A stretch of 40,159 bases of DNA from a virus. Positions within the stretch are counted from its first letter, which is position 1; every line of letters starts with the position of its first letter. Positions 37,015-40,159 of the stretch are shown piece by piece. Made by a program: the position numbers and the translations under genes. The notes under the pieces were generated by a model. The model made no database searches, had not been told where the DNA came from, and saw only the letters and a list, made by a program, of their open reading frames with translations. The stretch lies in UHGV virus genome UHGV-0014911; one strand, 5' to 3'.

Positions 37015-37449
37015 ATGAATAAATTTTATAAAGGATCTTTCTATCCGGAAGCTCTGAAAGAGGTATATATCAACGCTGGCTCATGGCCTGAAAACGGCGT
37101 TGATGTTGATGATGAAACAATGGCAATTTACACGAGCGTAGCGCCAAAAGGTAAAATTCTGGGGGCAGATAAAGACGGTAATCCTACATGGCTGGATATT
37201 CCTCCCCCGAACCATGAAGAGTTAATCCGGATAGCAGAAAACGAACAGAAGAGGCTTCTAACCCATGCTGATGCTGTAATGCTCGACTGGCGAACTGAGT
37301 TGATGCTGGGTGAAATAAGCGACGCCAACAAAGCTAAACTGTCGGCGTGGATGGCTTATAAAAACGAAGTTAAGGCGATTGATGCGACAACCGCTCCCGA
37401 GCATGTTAACTGGCCGGTTCCTCCGGATGGTGGGGCCATCAGGTATTAG
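37015..37449 (+). CDS. Tail fiber assembly protein (Tfa chaperone)
   Basis: Start placed at the ATG at 37015. Typical Tfa C-terminus (LSAWMAYKNEVKAIDATTAPEHVNWPVPPDGG). Confidence 0.85.
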   Translation: MNKFYKGSFYPEALKEVYINAGSWPENGVDVDDETMAIYTSVAPKGKILGADKDGNPTWLDIPPPNHEELIRIAENEQKRLLTHADAVMLDWRTELMLGEISDANKAKLSAWMAYKNEVKAIDATTAPEHVNWPVPPDGGAIRY

Positions 37450-37661
37450 ATGCGTTTGGCCTGTCAATATGCATTAAAATTGATGTAGTACAGATAGTGT
37501 GAGGGACAACCCCTTATTTAGTGATTTTCTTCTTCCCTACACGATTGTGTAGGGATAGAGGTTTAATAAAAGCCGGAACCGTTAATTATTGTCGACGCTC
37601 AAATTGGTTATGTAACTTAATCTATTGTGTTGTTTTTTTTTGAACTTAATCCAATTAGATT

Positions 37662-38745
37662 CTATAATTTTGATAGTGGTGACGGTCTTTTTTTTATCAG
37701 CTTGGTTAAATTTCTATATGCAATTTCAGATCTTAACCCACTAACTCCAGTATAAGATGTCATTGTTTTTCTTAACTTATTATTGAAGTGTGGAGATTGA
37801 TATTTGCGTAGAACATCCATAATGTCTTTTATATCACAGGAGTCAGCCACTATATCAAAATCACGATATACATTACCATTTTGTTCAGGAATAATAATGG
37901 TTGGTTTGTACGCTTCTATAGACTCAAGTGCAGCAGTACTTCCTGATGTTAGGACAATATCAGCTTCACTTAGTGCCTCGATGAAAGTTTTGTTTTTGTC
38001 AGATAATTTAACGCTATTGTCTAATAGGGGTGAATATATATCAATGTGTTCTGGATGTGGTCGTAATATAACGTTATAACTCTTCTGTTGTAAACATTTT
38101 ACAATATCTCTAACTATTTTAGTTGGTACTGTACTTTGTAGGGCAAAAAGAAATGATAATTGTCCTGTTTTAATTTTTATTTCTATTTCTCTTGCTGTTG
38201 TGTTATAATGCTGTGCTGTGCTGTGCTGTGCTGTGCTGTGCTGTGCTGTTATCTAGTTTTGGAAGTCCAAGACTTATTACCCTATTTCTAAATTTTTCGT
38301 TGAATTTATTAATAAAAGCCTCGCCAAACACACCGAAGTAATCAAAGCAATCAAAGTTATTCTCATATCCTTCCCAGTTTTGATAAAATCCATGTTGAAG
38401 CCCAATGAAAATTGGACTTTTATAACTGTTATTCATGGCTTTCTTTAAATCTAATTCCGGACCTGCAACACAACTGGTCATCAAAACAGCATCATAATTA
38501 ACTGCATTTTTTGTAAAATCTAAAAGAACCTCTTCTTTTGTTCTGTTGACAAAATTAAAATTAGAATCAATTTTATCTACCAAAAGAATGTTTTCTTTAA
38601 TTTCCAGTAGTTTTCTGTGATTTGGATCGGATATTCTAGGGAAGAATATATAGTCACATATTCCTCCGTTCTTACGGATTTCATAAACTAAGGGAAGCCA
38701 GTTTTCTAAACATCTGTAAGTAAACGCAGTAAATAATATTCGCAT
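37662..38745 (-). pseudogene. AT-rich transferase-like cargo gene split into two reading frames at a pentanucleotide repeat (currently frameshifted; candidate phase-variable gene)
   Basis: The N-terminal segment (ATG at 38745, MRILFTAF...) runs into the repeat and stops at 38203. A second frame is open with no stop and no start codon from 38252 to 37662, spanning the repeat, and encodes ...ILRPHPEH ... IVLTSGSTAALESIEAYKPTIIIPE... The two frames meet exactly at the repeat. Confidence 0.7.
38210..38249. repeat. Perfect pentanucleotide microsatellite (GCTGT)x8 inside the coding sequence
   Basis: Eight uninterrupted GCTGT units on the plus strand, encoding (STAQH)n on the minus strand, located exactly where the frame breaks. 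Confidence 0.95.
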
Positions 38746-38784
38746 TGTTGTATGTTGTCCAATTGATAATAATGCATTCTTCTG

Positions 38785-38813
38785 ATTGTACAATGGTTTG
38801 TTGTTTGTTACAA
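38785..38813 (-). promoter_or_regulatory. Candidate sigma-70 promoter of the transferase-like gene (TTGTAA, 17-bp spacer, TACAAT)
   Basis: Read on the minus strand, about 40 nt upstream of the ATG at 38745; the -10 overlaps the palindrome ATTGTACAAT. Confidence 0.4.
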
Positions 38814-38896
38814 CAACGCTGCAGAGTTATAAGTTAGAATATGCTCGGGAGATTATTAGTGATAATTAAATCTGAATAGAAACCAAATCTTGTACG

Positions 38897-39209
38897 CCCA
38901 AGAAAGGGATAAAACTTCTCAGTTTGACGGATAGCATCGATACGAGTACGCCTATGGGCAGATTCTTCTTTCATGTAATGGGCACTGGCAGAAATGGAAA
39001 GGGAGCTTATAATCGAACGCTACCGGGCAGGTTTAGAAGCTGCGCGCGCGGAAGGTCGCATTGGTGGCCGTAGACCAAAACTAACGGATGAGCAGTGGGC
39101 GCAGGCAGGGAGATTAATTGCTGCAGGGGAAACGCGTCAGCGCGTGGCAATAATTTACGATGTAGGAGTGTCAACACTATACCGAAAATTCCCTGTAGGC
39201 AGGGCTTAG
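38897..39209 (+). pseudogene. Remnant of a Gin/Pin/Hin-family serine DNA invertase (5'-truncated and internally frameshifted)
   Basis: One frame reads ...LSLTDSIDTSTPMGRFFFHVMG; a second frame, offset as if 2 bp were deleted, reads ALAEMERELIIERYRAGLEAARAEGRIGGRRPKLTDEQWAQAGRLIAAGETRQRVAIIYDVGVSTLYRKF. These match the invertase middle and C-terminal HTH; the N-terminal catalytic part is missing. Confidence 0.7.
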
Positions 39210-39258
39210 ACATGATGCAGGCCGCCGGTAAAGATTAATGCTGGCAGCCAGCACAACT

Positions 39259-39525
39259 TTAGAGCCCAACCTGGCGAACTGTCGGGAACTCAGACACCAG
39301 CCACATATCGGCCTCTTCAAACATATCCTCCAGCATGCGGTTCAGCTTTTCCCGATCGCTTTTGCTGGCATCGCTATTCAAGGCGTTTGCCTGCATCGGT
39401 TTCACCTTCACTTCGGCATAAGGGAAAATCTGATGCACTTGCTTCGTCAACTCAGCCAGGATGATCTCTCTGGCCCCCGCCAATCCTTCAACATTACGCT
39501 TGTCATAAACCAGTTCAACGAACAT
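39259..39525 (-). CDS. DinI-family protein (MsgA-like)
   Basis: 88 aa starting MFVELVYDKRN with an acidic C-terminal region; LexA boxes lie just upstream. Confidence 0.75.
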   Translation of the reverse strand: MFVELVYDKRNVEGLAGAREIILAELTKQVHQIFPYAEVKVKPMQANALNSDASKSDREKLNRMLEDMFEEADMWLVSEFPTVRQVGL

Positions 39526-39542
39526 ACAAGCCTCCGGAAAAA

Positions 39543-39586
39543 TACTGTGATTGTATACAGTAATTTTACTGTAAGAATAAACAGTG
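39543..39586. promoter_or_regulatory. Two tandem LexA (SOS) boxes upstream of the MsgA-like gene
   Basis: TACTGTgattgtatACAGTA (39543-39562) and TACTGTaagaataaACAGTG (39567-39586); both fit CTGT-N8-ACAG. Confidence 0.7.
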
Positions 39587-39644
39587 TCAAGGCGAGCTGA
39601 GTGCGAAGAGGTGATGTATTTTTGTTACCCTTAGTTACAAACAG

Positions 39645-39677
39645 AAAACCCCAGACCGTGAAATCTGGGGTTCTTTT
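39645..39677. terminator. Bidirectional Rho-independent terminator
   Basis: Hairpin CCCCAGA-ccgtgaaa-TCTGGGG flanked by A and T runs on either side; downstream of the dinI-like gene on the minus strand. Confidence 0.6.
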
Positions 39678-39910
39678 AAAGTGCACGTGCATATTTTTGT
39701 CTTTTCTCGGTCTGCCTACTGTCTGGTCAGTGTCCGTAAGTGGCTGTTTTTATTTCCTCTTTCCGGTTGCAGTCCTATCAAAAGTGGTGGAGCTGGCGGG
39801 AGTTGAAACCGCAGACACGTCGTATGCAAGAACGTGCTGCGGTTGGCTGGTAAGCTTCCGATAGTGCGAGTATTGAATGATTTCCAGCCGTTACTGATTT
39901 TACGTGCTAA

Positions 39911-40159
39911 TTAGTGAACAAACCACTCGTCAGCAGACTCCCGGGTATCTTTCAGAGTTTCCTGAACAAAAGTTTTAGCTGAATCTTTATCGGCGGTGCG
40001 CGTAACAGAAAGGCCATCGTTGCTGGTGGCTTTTACGATCACCTCTACATCGTCATAACGCTTACTGATGCGTCGAGTTAATTCTTCCTTTAACGCATCC
40101 ACAGCACCGTTTGGCATTTTAGTCATCTTCTCTTTGGCTATGCAGATCTCAATACGCAT
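39911..40159 (-). CDS. dinI: DinI-like DNA-damage-inducible protein
   Basis: 82 aa, MRIEICIAK ... ESADEWFVH, closely resembling E. coli DinI; the start codon sits at the last bases of the window. Confidence 0.8.
   Translation of the reverse strand: MRIEICIAKEKMTKMPNGAVDALKEELTRRISKRYDDVEVIVKATSNDGLSVTRTADKDSAKTFVQETLKDTRESADEWFVH

Noticed and set aside
37804-38079. 91-aa plus-strand ORF in the AT-rich block
   Set aside because: It is antisense to the long open minus-strand frame that forms the C-terminal half of the transferase-like gene.
38210-38249. Possible CRISPR array or pure spacer microsatellite
   Set aside because: The units are 5 bp, directly tandem and without spacers, and sit inside a coding frame. 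This is a simple-sequence repeat, not a CRISPR array, and no cas genes are present.
39238-39864. Plus-strand ORFs of 120 and 87 aa around the DinI-like genes
   Set aside because: One is antisense to the MsgA-like gene, and the other spans the terminator and intergenic region with no RBS and implausible composition.

Overview
The window is almost entirely the integrase-proximal ~40 kb of a mosaic temperate phage (prophage), read from the sequence and the ORF track without any database search. Left to right: an apparent attL junction inside the 5' end of a release-factor-3-like gene (prfC), a P4-type tyrosine integrase, an AT-rich orphan cargo gene, a leftward early block (YfdP/YfdQ/HD-hydrolase/AlpA-like), a cI/cro immunity switch with repeated TTGC-N7-GCAA operators, a replication/nin-like region (Rha, replication protein, adenine methyltransferase, stand-alone LexA DNA-binding domain protein, RusA, KilA-N, DUF968), antiterminator Q, a lambda-type lysis cassette (S, R, Rz with embedded Rz1), HNH-cos-terminase packaging, an HK97-type head, and a Mu-like contractile tail ending in tail fiber and tail fiber assembly genes. 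Three AT-rich morons with their own signals interrupt the late region. The most notable feature is just after the tail fiber genes: an AT-rich transferase-like gene split into two frames exactly at a perfect (GCTGT)x8 pentanucleotide tract, consistent with slipped-strand phase variation, sitting where an invertible tail-fiber segment would be and next to a decayed DNA invertase. The window ends in two DinI-family genes, one preceded by tandem LexA boxes. No rRNA, tRNA or CRISPR array was found. All functional calls rest on remembered family motifs and gene order and should be confirmed by homology search.
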